Assembly: GCA_965248695.1 (NCBI GenBank) | Contig: CBDFKD010000002.1 | Location: forward strand, 3,392,001-3,456,000 | Source of the DNA: Acidobacteriota bacterium | GTDB taxonomy: Bacteria; Acidobacteriota; UBA890; WLXD01 | Direction: 5' to 3' | DNA: 64,000 bases | In this document: in pieces, positions 18,071 to 27,026 of the stretch | How the letters are laid out: every line of letters begins with the position of its first letter | Position numbering within the stretch: position 1 is the first letter of the stretch | Notes under the pieces: generated by a model | What the model saw: the letters and a program-made list of their open reading frames with translations, nothing else | The model's database searches: none | Told to the model about the DNA's origin: nothing | Program-made: the position numbers and the translations under genes

Positions 18071-19576
18071 TTAGCCGGCAATCAACTCGGTCTCCGGGTA
18101 CTGTGCATACCATCCGAACCAGAAGGCACGGAAGGCGTTCAACCGCGGCAGCGCCGCCTCGGGGGAAGCCAGCGGGACCAGCTGGTGGGCGCGCGCTTCC
18201 CATAGACCGCCGTGCTCGTCCTCGATACGGTTGGCGCCCACGAAGCGCACGAACCTCTCTGGCGGTGACGCGTACAAGCGGTTCGCCCCGTCCTCGCTCG
18301 TGACCACCACCAGGCTACGCCCAGCGAAGTTGGCCTGAAACAATCGGTTCTTCTGCAGGAAGGCCGCCGAGATGGCCAGCGCCTGATCGCCGTCGCGACC
18401 GCGGAACCGCAACGCCAGGACCTCGTCCTTGTTCCCGAGCCGGGAGTCACGATGCGACACGGTGAACATCAACTCGTCGGTCGCAAAGTAGTCGGCGTAG
18501 GCGACATTCTCGGAATAGTCACGCTCGAAGCCCGTGTCGAGCGCCAGCACCGTGGTGTCGGGATGTGTCGCCCGCCAATCGCTCCACGTCGTGGTGACCA
18601 CCGGCAGCGGGCTTAGCCGGACCCCGCTGCCGACCATGCGGCCCACGAGCGGCTCGCCGGTGATGCTCGACCACAGGGTCCACGACAGCTCGTCGAACAG
18701 CAACTTGTTGGAACGGAACAGCAAACCCGAGGTGTCGAACTTCACTACCCGGCCGCCGACCTCGCTCTTGTACGGGATCACCGCCCCGCACAACGTGCAG
18801 TACACGAGGGTGATGTCCAGGCCGCCAACGTTGTCTCGCGCCAGCTCGTGCCAGGCGAGAATCCGCTTCGGATAGGCGCGCGCGGCGCCGTCAACCACCA
18901 GGCCGAAGACGATGTTGTCATCGGCCAGGTAAGAGGCCTCGTCCGCGGCGATCGTTGGCGGCTGATCGAGCGCCGGGATACCGGCGGCGCCGACTCGCAC
19001 ACCACCCCAGTCGATCTCGTCGAGGCGCACCGCCGCCGTCCCCTGAAAGAAGCTGCGGAACGTCTGGTCGACGCTGCCGTAGAGGTTGGCCTTGAACACG
19101 CCGATCTGGGCGTGCGTGTCGTAGGGTTGCGCCCACATCCACTGCCGCCACGCGTCGAGGTCGTCGCCGTGCTTCTGTCCGGTTTGACGCTCGAGGAACT
19201 TCAGAATGCGCTCACGGGTCTGCACCCTCGGATCGCGGCGGCTGCCGAAGCGCGAGCCACCCCGCAGCGGGTCGCTGTTGCCTGACGGATCACCACCGCT
19301 GAAGTCCGTATCGAGCACCGCATTTCCGTCGGCACCGAGCCGGGCGGTGTCACCCGCCTTGCCAGACGGGAGGAAGCGCACCCAGTCGAGCAACAGAGCG
19401 GTGTAGCCGTTCTTCCACTGCTCGCCGATCTGCTCGAGCGCGTCCTCGGAGGTGTCCTTGTCGGGTGAGGCGGCCTGGAAGAACAAGGCCAGGCCCGGGT
19501 CGGGTGTCTGCTCGCCTAGCGGCGAGGTGATCACGGCGAGCAGGGCAAGACAGGCGATGGAAGCTCGAAGTCTCAT
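18071..19576 (-). CDS. DUF3179-family secreted protein
   Basis: Signal peptide; GIPALDQP, ARAYPKRILAWHELARD, YCTLCG, SGLLFRSNKLLFD, TTWSDWRATHPDT, FWFGWYAQYPET. Confidence 0.88.
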   Translation of the reverse strand: MRLRASIACLALLAVITSPLGEQTPDPGLALFFQAASPDKDTSEDALEQIGEQWKNGYTALLLDWVRFLPSGKAGDTARLGADGNAVLDTDFSGGDPSGNSDPLRGGSRFGSRRDPRVQTRERILKFLERQTGQKHGDDLDAWRQWMWAQPYDTHAQIGVFKANLYGSVDQTFRSFFQGTAAVRLDEIDWGGVRVGAAGIPALDQPPTIAADEASYLADDNIVFGLVVDGAARAYPKRILAWHELARDNVGGLDITLVYCTLCGAVIPYKSEVGGRVVKFDTSGLLFRSNKLLFDELSWTLWSSITGEPLVGRMVGSGVRLSPLPVVTTTWSDWRATHPDTTVLALDTGFERDYSENVAYADYFATDELMFTVSHRDSRLGNKDEVLALRFRGRDGDQALAISAAFLQKNRLFQANFAGRSLVVVTSEDGANRLYASPPERFVRFVGANRIEDEHGGLWEARAHQLVPLASPEAALPRLNAFRAFWFGWYAQYPETELIAG

Positions 19577-19709
19577 ACGTTTCTCCCGGGATGGGGCACC
19601 AGAAGACTCCCAGGATACGAACGGGGTCGATTCCGGCGCGGCCCGAACGCGGTGTCGAGCGTATGCATCCTAACCATTTCGCGCCGGTCGTGTCGTCCCG
19701 TTGTCGGTC

Positions 19710-21926
19710 TCAGTCGATGCCGGCGTCGGCTGTAATGAGAAACGGCATGACCTGCTCGACCGTCTGTCCGGCGATCGCATCGACCAGGTCGATCTCCAGC
19801 AGGTAAGCACCCTCGCCGAGACTGTTCGGCAGCACCGCCTCCACCAGCATGCTGGTGGAGTTCTGCTGCGCATCGTAGTGCCGCGCCACCAGGTTGATGC
19901 TGGCGACCGCGTGCGAAGCGCCACTTTCGTCGATCGCCGTGGCATTCAACGACGTCTGAACCTGTCCGGTAAACGGATGGCGGGCCAGATTGTGCGCCAC
20001 GATGAGGAACTGACAAACCCCGCCGGCCGCCGTCAGCGTGTACACCTGGGGCGTCACCTCCTGGTCCCCGACAACGAACGGGTAGGCCACCGGGCCGCCC
20101 TCGCGATGCCGTGGTGGGGCGCTCGGATCGATACCGCGCATCAGCAGACCCGGATGTGCAGCATCGACTGGAACGGGCCCGCTGACGACCACCCCGGTGG
20201 GGTTCTGAAAGCCCGGCACCTCGACAATCTCGGTGCGCGTGCTGAGCCGCCCCGCCTGGACATCGCGTACCAGGACCCGCACCTGCTGCGATCCGGGTAG
20301 CGCCCAGAGCAGGTCGTAGTAGCGGAACGGCAAGCCCTCCATACGACCGGAAAGCTGCTGCATGGTCAACCGCACACGCCGGCTGAACATGTCGCGCATC
20401 TGGCCCTGTGCATCGGTGACGTAGCCGAGGATGTCGAGCTCCGTGGCACCGTCGCCGCGCGCTTCCGCAATCGCCTCAAGCTGCCCGAACGGTATCTCGA
20501 CAACCACCGCCAGCCGGCTGATCCGTCGGTCGCCGGCGAACGCCGTGGCCCGAACATCGAAGATCATGTCCTCTTCTTCGATGCCCTTGCTGATGAACTC
20601 CGATAGCTGCAGCTGCTGCTGCGTCTCGTCCATGTCGACGTATGCCGGTGGCGGCGAGAAACGCTTCGGTGCCGCCAGGATCTGTGCCCCTGGGCCACGC
20701 ACCTCGACATCGAGCTCGACGACCGTGGCGTCATCGTCGTCCTTGGGATAGGCGAGCACGTAGTAGCGCGCGGTCTCTTCAGCCAGAGTAGCCAGTGCCG
20801 GGGTCAGGTCGTTGGCGTTCCAGGTGATCGTGCCGTTGGTTTCCTCCGCAAGGTAGGCGAGCCCCTGTTTGCCGCCCTCGGTCAGCTGGAAGGTGCCGGC
20901 GACGCGCTCATCGCCAAGGCCACCGACGTCAAACGCATGGAAGACGGTGTCGGAAGCGTTCAGGTTTTCCACCGCCTTGGCGAGGCTTTCGCGCAGGTCT
21001 GCGCTACCGAATCGGGTTTCCGAGTTGACCGCCCACGACTGTCCCTGCTGGAGCCGTTGGGTATCCTCCGCAAGTTCGTCGAGCGACTGGCCGGTCAGCA
21101 CCTTGTCGTCGAAACCGGCCGAGAACAACAAGACATGCTTGCGGCCGCGCGTGGCTGTCAACATGTTCCCGAGGCCGACCAGTTGATCGGCGTAGTTCAC
21201 CACCTCGTCGCGGTAGCGGCGAAAGTCCTGGCTGGCGGTGTCGACGTTGGCTGCAAAGAGCGTTGCCTCGATCAACTGCTGCAGCGCGTCCTGCTCGGTG
21301 CCGGTGGCGGCGTCCGTCCGGTTTTCCTGCAGCGTCAGCAAATCGGCGAGGGGCTGCAGAGCGAAACCGGCAGGGTCGACGAGGTACTTGGCGCGATCGA
21401 CCCCGAAGCCACGGATGGCGTTGGCTACCTGCGCCCTGTCGGCGGTAAACGGCGAGACCAGCTTGAGGCCGCCAATGCTCGTGTACGTCGCCACACCGAT
21501 GAGGTCCTTCGGGTGTGTGCGCAACTCCACGAAGTCGAGCGCCGCATCGCGCGCTCGAAGGATGCCGCGCTTGGTGGAAAAGCTGAAGTCGAAGAACATC
21601 AGGAACTGCCGCCAGCCGGCCGGCGGGATGTAATGATCTTCCTCGAACTCGTCGCCGCGGATCTGCCGTAGATCGACCTCGTACACAGCGGTCAGATCGC
21701 GTAGGCGGCCGTCGACACGCAGAACGAAATCGTCGCTCGACAGGTTCGGGATGTGATCACCACGCGAGTCGGCCACCGCCACCTGCAGCTGCACGACCTC
21801 GACCGTGGCGCGGAACTGCGGCCGCTGCGCGCCGTCGACGATGACTGCCGAGCCCGAGACCAGCACGGCACAGATGGCCGTTGGCAGGCATCGCGCGACA
21901 TGCTTCAACCGCATCCTCTGACTCAT
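19710..21926 (-). CDS. Acidobacterial VWA-domain protein with C-terminal tandem beta-sandwich module
   Basis: FRATVEVVQLQVAVAD, MIDAS-like FFDFSFS, GRKHVLLFSAG, LAEETNG, YYVLAY. Start set at MSQRMR. Confidence 0.88.
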   Translation of the reverse strand: MSQRMRLKHVARCLPTAICAVLVSGSAVIVDGAQRPQFRATVEVVQLQVAVADSRGDHIPNLSSDDFVLRVDGRLRDLTAVYEVDLRQIRGDEFEEDHYIPPAGWRQFLMFFDFSFSTKRGILRARDAALDFVELRTHPKDLIGVATYTSIGGLKLVSPFTADRAQVANAIRGFGVDRAKYLVDPAGFALQPLADLLTLQENRTDAATGTEQDALQQLIEATLFAANVDTASQDFRRYRDEVVNYADQLVGLGNMLTATRGRKHVLLFSAGFDDKVLTGQSLDELAEDTQRLQQGQSWAVNSETRFGSADLRESLAKAVENLNASDTVFHAFDVGGLGDERVAGTFQLTEGGKQGLAYLAEETNGTITWNANDLTPALATLAEETARYYVLAYPKDDDDATVVELDVEVRGPGAQILAAPKRFSPPPAYVDMDETQQQLQLSEFISKGIEEEDMIFDVRATAFAGDRRISRLAVVVEIPFGQLEAIAEARGDGATELDILGYVTDAQGQMRDMFSRRVRLTMQQLSGRMEGLPFRYYDLLWALPGSQQVRVLVRDVQAGRLSTRTEIVEVPGFQNPTGVVVSGPVPVDAAHPGLLMRGIDPSAPPRHREGGPVAYPFVVGDQEVTPQVYTLTAAGGVCQFLIVAHNLARHPFTGQVQTSLNATAIDESGASHAVASINLVARHYDAQQNSTSMLVEAVLPNSLGEGAYLLEIDLVDAIAGQTVEQVMPFLITADAGID

Positions 21927-22100
21927 CACCGCCTCCCTGGACCGAGCTCGGCGTCGCCGACGCGGCTCGGCCGCGCGCACATGCGTCGGTGGGTGGGGGA
22001 GCCAGGGGTTGCTCCCCAAAACCTTGGCGATCTTAGCAGGTCGTTTCGAAGTTCCGGCAGATCAGGCAAGACGGTGTCAGTATACGGGTTTCCGGGACGC

Positions 22101-22712
22101 TCAGTCGATCAGCCCGAGCTTGCGAAGCTGCTCGGGCGGACATCCGTCCCAGGTCGCGACGAAATCATTTCCGATGTATTCGAGATCGTCCACCCCCATC
22201 TTGCTGCTCCAGAAGCCGGTGGCGGTAAGATCACGGAAGGCGTTGAAGAACGCAACGCCGTGGCGCAGCTGTCGCGACGCGCGATCGGGCCAGGCGATGT
22301 CATCGAGCAACTGCTCGCGTTGCGACGCGCTGCACTCCACGAAGCGCTCTCCGAAGCGCTCGTGGGCTTCGTGATCGATCCACGCCAGCCCGCCGCGCAT
22401 CGGCGGCTGGCGTTCCGGCTGATCGTCCATCATGAAGTCCATGAACTCCGGCACCCCGGCGTCGGTGGCGCTGCCTGAGCGCTCGTCGGCCGGAATGATC
22501 ATGTCGACGAGCTGCCGCACGGTGGTGTATTCGTGCGGTGTGAAGAAGCGCGGCGTATAGGAAGTCCCGGCCTGCGCGGCATGAAGCAGCGCGTCGGCGG
22601 CGCGCTCGTGTGCCACCACGGCTTCGGCGGGTGACCATACGAGCCCGGCGGTGACGGACGCCAGCAGACCGAGCGCCTCGCGTCGGCTCAGATCGGGTGT
22701 TCGCTGGCTCAT
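22101..22712 (-). CDS. Gluconate 2-dehydrogenase subunit 3 family protein (Tat)
   Basis: SRREAL Tat motif; IIPADERSGSATDAGVPEF; FFNAFRDLTATGFWSS. TGATG-coupled to the GMC gene. Confidence 0.9.
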   Translation of the reverse strand: MSQRTPDLSRREALGLLASVTAGLVWSPAEAVVAHERAADALLHAAQAGTSYTPRFFTPHEYTTVRQLVDMIIPADERSGSATDAGVPEFMDFMMDDQPERQPPMRGGLAWIDHEAHERFGERFVECSASQREQLLDDIAWPDRASRQLRHGVAFFNAFRDLTATGFWSSKMGVDDLEYIGNDFVATWDGCPPEQLRKLGLID

Positions 22713-24418
22713 CAGAGGCTCCCCTGCTGCATCTGATCGGCGATGTACTCGCTGGTGCGCATGGCGAGCGCCAGGATGGTCCATGTCGGGTTCTTGTGCG
22801 CCTGCGAAACGAAGGGGCCGCCGTCGGCAACGAAGACGTTGGGCGCGTCGTGCGCCTGGCAGAAGGCGTTCAGCGCCGAGCTGTCCGGATCGTTGCCCAT
22901 GCGAACAACCCCGAGCTCGTGGATGATCCGTCCACCCGCCATGATGCCGTATCCCCCAGAAGCGTCCGGCATCGGCGTCAACGGGGTCCCACCCATGGTG
23001 TGGATGATCTCGCGGAAGGTCTGTTGCATGTGCCGCACCTGGCGGATCTCGTGATCGCTCCACTGGAAGTGGAACTTGAGCACCGGGATTCCCCAGCGGT
23101 CCACGATCTGCGGATCGATCTCGCAGTAGCAGTCGTCGTTGGCAACCATCTCCCCGCGACCGGCGAAACCGATCGTGGCGCCATAGACCTCGCGGTACAT
23201 GTTCTTGAGGTCCTGCCCATAGCCACCACCGCCGGGATACCGATGGATACCCGACAGGATCCCGTAGGCGGGCAACGAGCGTCCGCCGCCGATCTCGAGG
23301 TGGTAACCGCGTGGAAAGTCGAGCTTGCTGTTGTCGAGCCACCACGGCATGTAGACGTGCGAGCCGTTGGCGCCGTCCTCGTTGTGGGGCACTCCACCCG
23401 CAAGCGCCGGAACAAACCCGGTGACGCCGGTTCCGGTGCTATCGGTGAGGTACCTGCCGACCACGCCGCTGGAGTTCGCAAGGCCGTCGGGAAACAGTCC
23501 TGATGTCGAATTGAGCAGCAACCGCGCCGACTCGCAGGCACTTGCCGCCAGCACGACGACCCCAGCCCGAACGTGCTCGTCGCGTCCACTGTTCTTGTCG
23601 ACGTACGCCACGCCGTTCGCCCGACCCTGTCCGTCGATCGTTACCTCACGGGCCATTGCTTGCGTGATCACCTCGAGGCGTCCGGTGGCACGCGCCGGCG
23701 GCAACAGCACGGACGGAGTCGAGAAGTTCGACCCGGTGGCGCAGTCGCGGCCGCACTGGCCGCAATAGTGACAGGCCGGCCGGCCATTGAGCGGCCGCGT
23801 CAGGATCGACATGCGCGACGAGACACACGGAATGGAGAGCCCGGTACAGGCTCGCTGCACGAGCTTCTCGAAACAGCGTGGCTCAGGGGGCGGTTGGAAG
23901 ATGCCGTCGGGCTCGTTGGGAATCCCCTCCCTGGAGCCGAACAAACCGATCAGCCGATCGATCTTGTCGTAGAACGGCGCCAGGTCGTCATAGGAGATCG
24001 GCCAGTCGTCGCCAAGGCTGTCGATGCTTCGCCGGCGAAAATCATCGGGGCCGAAGCGTAGCGAGATGCGACCCCAATGATTCGTGCGTCCACCGAGCTG
24101 ACGGACGCGGAACCAATCGAACTCCTCACCGTCCGCCACCGTGTAGGGCTCGCCGTCCAGGGACCAGCCGCCGAGGCCAGCATGGAACTCGCCAAAATGG
24201 CGCTCGGGGGTCGCCGCACCGCGCCGCGGCGAGTCATAGGGCCACTTGAGCATCGCCGAATCGGTGGCCGCATCCCAAGTAGGCCCCGCCTCCAACATGA
24301 CGACGCGCGCCCCGGCCTCGGTGAGTACCTTCGCCGCCATCCCGCCGCCGGCACCCGAACCGATGATGCAAACATCCCATTGCTGGCGGGATTTCATGAT
24401 CTCGGGGGCGCGGCTCAT
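22712..24418 (-). CDS. GMC-family oxidoreductase (glycoside 3-dehydrogenase-like)
   Basis: IIGSGAGGG, GGRTNHWGR, CHYCGQCGRDC, HELGVVRMG, NPTWTILALA. Confidence 0.92.
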   Translation of the reverse strand: MSRAPEIMKSRQQWDVCIIGSGAGGGMAAKVLTEAGARVVMLEAGPTWDAATDSAMLKWPYDSPRRGAATPERHFGEFHAGLGGWSLDGEPYTVADGEEFDWFRVRQLGGRTNHWGRISLRFGPDDFRRRSIDSLGDDWPISYDDLAPFYDKIDRLIGLFGSREGIPNEPDGIFQPPPEPRCFEKLVQRACTGLSIPCVSSRMSILTRPLNGRPACHYCGQCGRDCATGSNFSTPSVLLPPARATGRLEVITQAMAREVTIDGQGRANGVAYVDKNSGRDEHVRAGVVVLAASACESARLLLNSTSGLFPDGLANSSGVVGRYLTDSTGTGVTGFVPALAGGVPHNEDGANGSHVYMPWWLDNSKLDFPRGYHLEIGGGRSLPAYGILSGIHRYPGGGGYGQDLKNMYREVYGATIGFAGRGEMVANDDCYCEIDPQIVDRWGIPVLKFHFQWSDHEIRQVRHMQQTFREIIHTMGGTPLTPMPDASGGYGIMAGGRIIHELGVVRMGNDPDSSALNAFCQAHDAPNVFVADGGPFVSQAHKNPTWTILALAMRTSEYIADQMQQGSL

Positions 24419-24427
24419 GTCGGATCA

Positions 24428-24561
24428 CTAGTGGCCTGTAACAGATGAACGTTGCCTGTCGTGGTGGCGAAATGGGCCTGGATGCCAGGCGTACCGACGA
24501 GACGATGTTTGCCTGTCTTGGAGGAGGAGCAACGCCGCAGACGGGCCGATTTCGCCGCCAC
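24428..24561. mobile_element. Truncated MITE-like element (repeat copy 3 plus structured internal module)
   Basis: CTAGTGGCCTGTAACAGATG end; inverted repeat 24461-24478/24544-24561 encloses a module homologous to 46921-46995. Confidence 0.65.
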
Positions 24562-24588
24562 TAACCCGCGTCGACAATCGAGCATCGG

Positions 24589-24686
24589 ATCATTCGCGTT
24601 CCTTCATTCGCGGTCATTTAGGCGCGATCATTGGTCGCGATCATCAGGTCGCAGTCATTCAGTCGATTCAGTCAGGCGCGATTCAA
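24589..24686. repeat. Degenerate ~13-nt tandem repeat (TCATT..CGCGA)
   Basis: tcattcgcg, tcattcgcg, tcatttaggcgcga, tcattggtcgcga, tcatcaggtcgcag, tcattcagtcga, ttcagtcaggcgcga. Confidence 0.6.
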
Positions 24687-26257
24687 TTGCCAGCGCCGCT
24701 GGCGCGGCGGATGACTCGACCCGGTCGAGCGCCGGTCGGCCCCTCAGCGAACTGCACCAGCTCTCCGTTCACCCATACCCGGTTGATACCGAGCGACTCC
24801 ACCTGCGGGTTGTCGGTGGTCGCCCGATCGATGATCACATCGGCATCGAACGCCACCAGGTCGGCCCACATTCCTGGTGCGATGCGTCCCCGGTCGGCAA
24901 TCGCCATGTGCTCAGCGGCGAGGCCGCTAGCCTTGTAGATCGCTTCTTCGAGCGACATTACGCCACGCTCGCGGACGTAGCGACCGAGGACCCGAGTGTA
25001 GCTGCCATAGCCCCTCGGGTGAGCGCCGGCGAGCGCACCATCGGTGCAGAAGTTCGTGTGTGGCCAGCGCATGAGCGCTTCGATGTCGGGCTCGGTCATA
25101 CTAGTGCCGATCATGCTCTCGACGTTCAACGCGGCCTCGTCGACATCGTTGACTGCGACCTGCATCTCCTCGGCCTGTCGGATCAGCTCCAGCAACGCCA
25201 CGGCCGGCTCTTGTGCGCGCCGGTCGGCGATCTCGGTCAGGGTCAGGCTGGCGTACTCCGGTTCAGGGGCGAACGCGGTGACTAGCACGCCGTCTGCCGG
25301 GACGATCTCGTCCAACACTCGCCGGGCCTCGTCGAGGTCTTCGAAATCGCGCGCCGGGAAGAGCACCGTGAGCGTCGACTGCCAGTACGGATAAGGGTAG
25401 ATATCGGCGGTGATGTCGATGCCTTCGGCACGGGCGGCATCGAGCTTGGCGATGAAGCGATCCGCCTGTCCCCAGAGACTCTTTATGGCCAGCTTGATGT
25501 GCGAGATCTGCACGGGAAGATCTGCCTGCCTGCCGATCTCGATGATCTCGTCGATCGCCGCCTCGAAGTAGCGATCCTCGCTGCGCATATGGCTGATGTA
25601 CCGACCCTCGTATTCCGCCGCCACCTTCGCAAGCGTGATCACCTCGGATGGCTCCGAGTAGATGCCCGGGTCGTACTCCAGGCCGGCCGCGAGCCCAAGC
25701 GCCCCGGCATCCATATCGGCGCATAGCATCGCCTCCATGGCAACGATCTCTTCATCGGTGGCCGGGCGCTTGAAGTCCTCGCCGAGAACGTGTGCCCGCA
25801 ACGTGTTGTGGCCGGAATACGAGGCGACATTGATTGTCGCCGGCGTCGTCTCCAGAGCGGCGTAGAAATCCGACAGTGGATAGTGGGAGCCGCCGTCGTT
25901 GCCGACCACCACGGTGGTAATCCCCTGGCTCACTGCCGCCCGAGCGTCGAGACGCTCGAAGATGCCCCAATCGTGATGGCTGTGAGTGTCGATGAAGCCC
26001 GGCGCGAGCACCAAGCCCTCGAGGTCGACCACCTCTTCGCCGCCGAGCGTATCGAGAGCGCCGACCTCGGCGACGCGGCCGTCGACGATCCGTACGGCGA
26101 CGTCGCGCGCCGGCGATCCGGTGCCGTCGATCACCCGCGCGTTGACCAGCAGCACGCTGGAGACCTCCGTCGACGGGACACAGGCGGCGATCACAACGGT
26201 GAGCGTCAGGAGAGCGCCGCGAGCCAATCGCAGCTCTTGCTTTCGATTTCGTTGCAC
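24683..26257 (-). CDS. D-aminoacylase-like amidohydrolase, probable lipoprotein
   Basis: IAAC lipobox-like; APGFIDTHSH, SHMRSE, ISHIK, HPRGYG, GRIAPGMWADLV. Confidence 0.9.
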   Translation of the reverse strand: MQRNRKQELRLARGALLTLTVVIAACVPSTEVSSVLLVNARVIDGTGSPARDVAVRIVDGRVAEVGALDTLGGEEVVDLEGLVLAPGFIDTHSHHDWGIFERLDARAAVSQGITTVVVGNDGGSHYPLSDFYAALETTPATINVASYSGHNTLRAHVLGEDFKRPATDEEIVAMEAMLCADMDAGALGLAAGLEYDPGIYSEPSEVITLAKVAAEYEGRYISHMRSEDRYFEAAIDEIIEIGRQADLPVQISHIKLAIKSLWGQADRFIAKLDAARAEGIDITADIYPYPYWQSTLTVLFPARDFEDLDEARRVLDEIVPADGVLVTAFAPEPEYASLTLTEIADRRAQEPAVALLELIRQAEEMQVAVNDVDEAALNVESMIGTSMTEPDIEALMRWPHTNFCTDGALAGAHPRGYGSYTRVLGRYVRERGVMSLEEAIYKASGLAAEHMAIADRGRIAPGMWADLVAFDADVIIDRATTDNPQVESLGINRVWVNGELVQFAEGPTGARPGRVIRRASGAGN

Positions 26258-26405
26258 GCGTGTCTCCGTCGTCGAATGCCGCGCACGCCTGTGCCACGAT
26301 CCGGCACCTTCGAGCGCACGCCGCCGATGGAATGAGAAGAAGCGTCGTGATACTCCTAGCGGCGCTCATTGTGCGCAAGTTGCCGCGTTTCGCAAGGAGG
26401 GTGCC

Positions 26406-27026
26406 TTGAACCGTCGCGACGCATTGCAGGTCCTCGCGACGACCGCCGCAAGCCCGCTGCTAGGCGTAAGCTCCTTTGAGTTGCTTGTCGAGGTTGGCTA
26501 CGCGGTACGTCAATCCATGACCGGCGACGAGGAGACGCTGCGGGCATTGAGCTCGGACCAGGCGACCTCGGTACAGACGGTCGCGGAGATAATAATTCCG
26601 GCCACGGACACTCCAGGGGCCCGCGAGGCCGGCGTCACCGAGTTCATTGACAGCCTGTTGGCCGACTGGATGCTCGATGCCGAGCGCGACGCCTTCCTTA
26701 GCGGGCTGGCGGATCTCGACGGTCGCGCACGCGCCGGGCATGGCGCCGCCTTCGTCGAGTGCTCCGAAACCCAGCAGGTGGGGCTCATAGCGGCAATGGA
26801 CGCCGAGGTCGCCGAGTTGCTGGCGGCAGACCGCGCGGCGCCCTACGACGCTTACGACGCCGGCAACCGATCGGTACGGACGGCGCCGGAGCATTTCTTC
26901 TACCAGATGAAGCGCTGGACGCTGGTCGGCTACTACACGTCGGAGATCGGGATGGTCGAGGAGTTGCGACACAACTTCCTGCCGGGCGAATGGGATCCGT
27001 GCCGGGTGCTGGAGGAGTCGCGATGA
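26406..27026 (+). CDS. Gluconate 2-dehydrogenase subunit 3 family protein (Tat)
   Basis: AAGGAGG then TTG; NRRDAL; IIPATDTPGAREAGVTEFI; GYYTSEIG. Confidence 0.88.
   Translation: MNRRDALQVLATTAASPLLGVSSFELLVEVGYAVRQSMTGDEETLRALSSDQATSVQTVAEIIIPATDTPGAREAGVTEFIDSLLADWMLDAERDAFLSGLADLDGRARAGHGAAFVECSETQQVGLIAAMDAEVAELLAADRAAPYDAYDAGNRSVRTAPEHFFYQMKRWTLVGYYTSEIGMVEELRHNFLPGEWDPCRVLEESR

Noticed and set aside
24589-24686. CRISPR-like array
   Set aside because: Units are ~13 nt, degenerate and without spacers; no cas genes.
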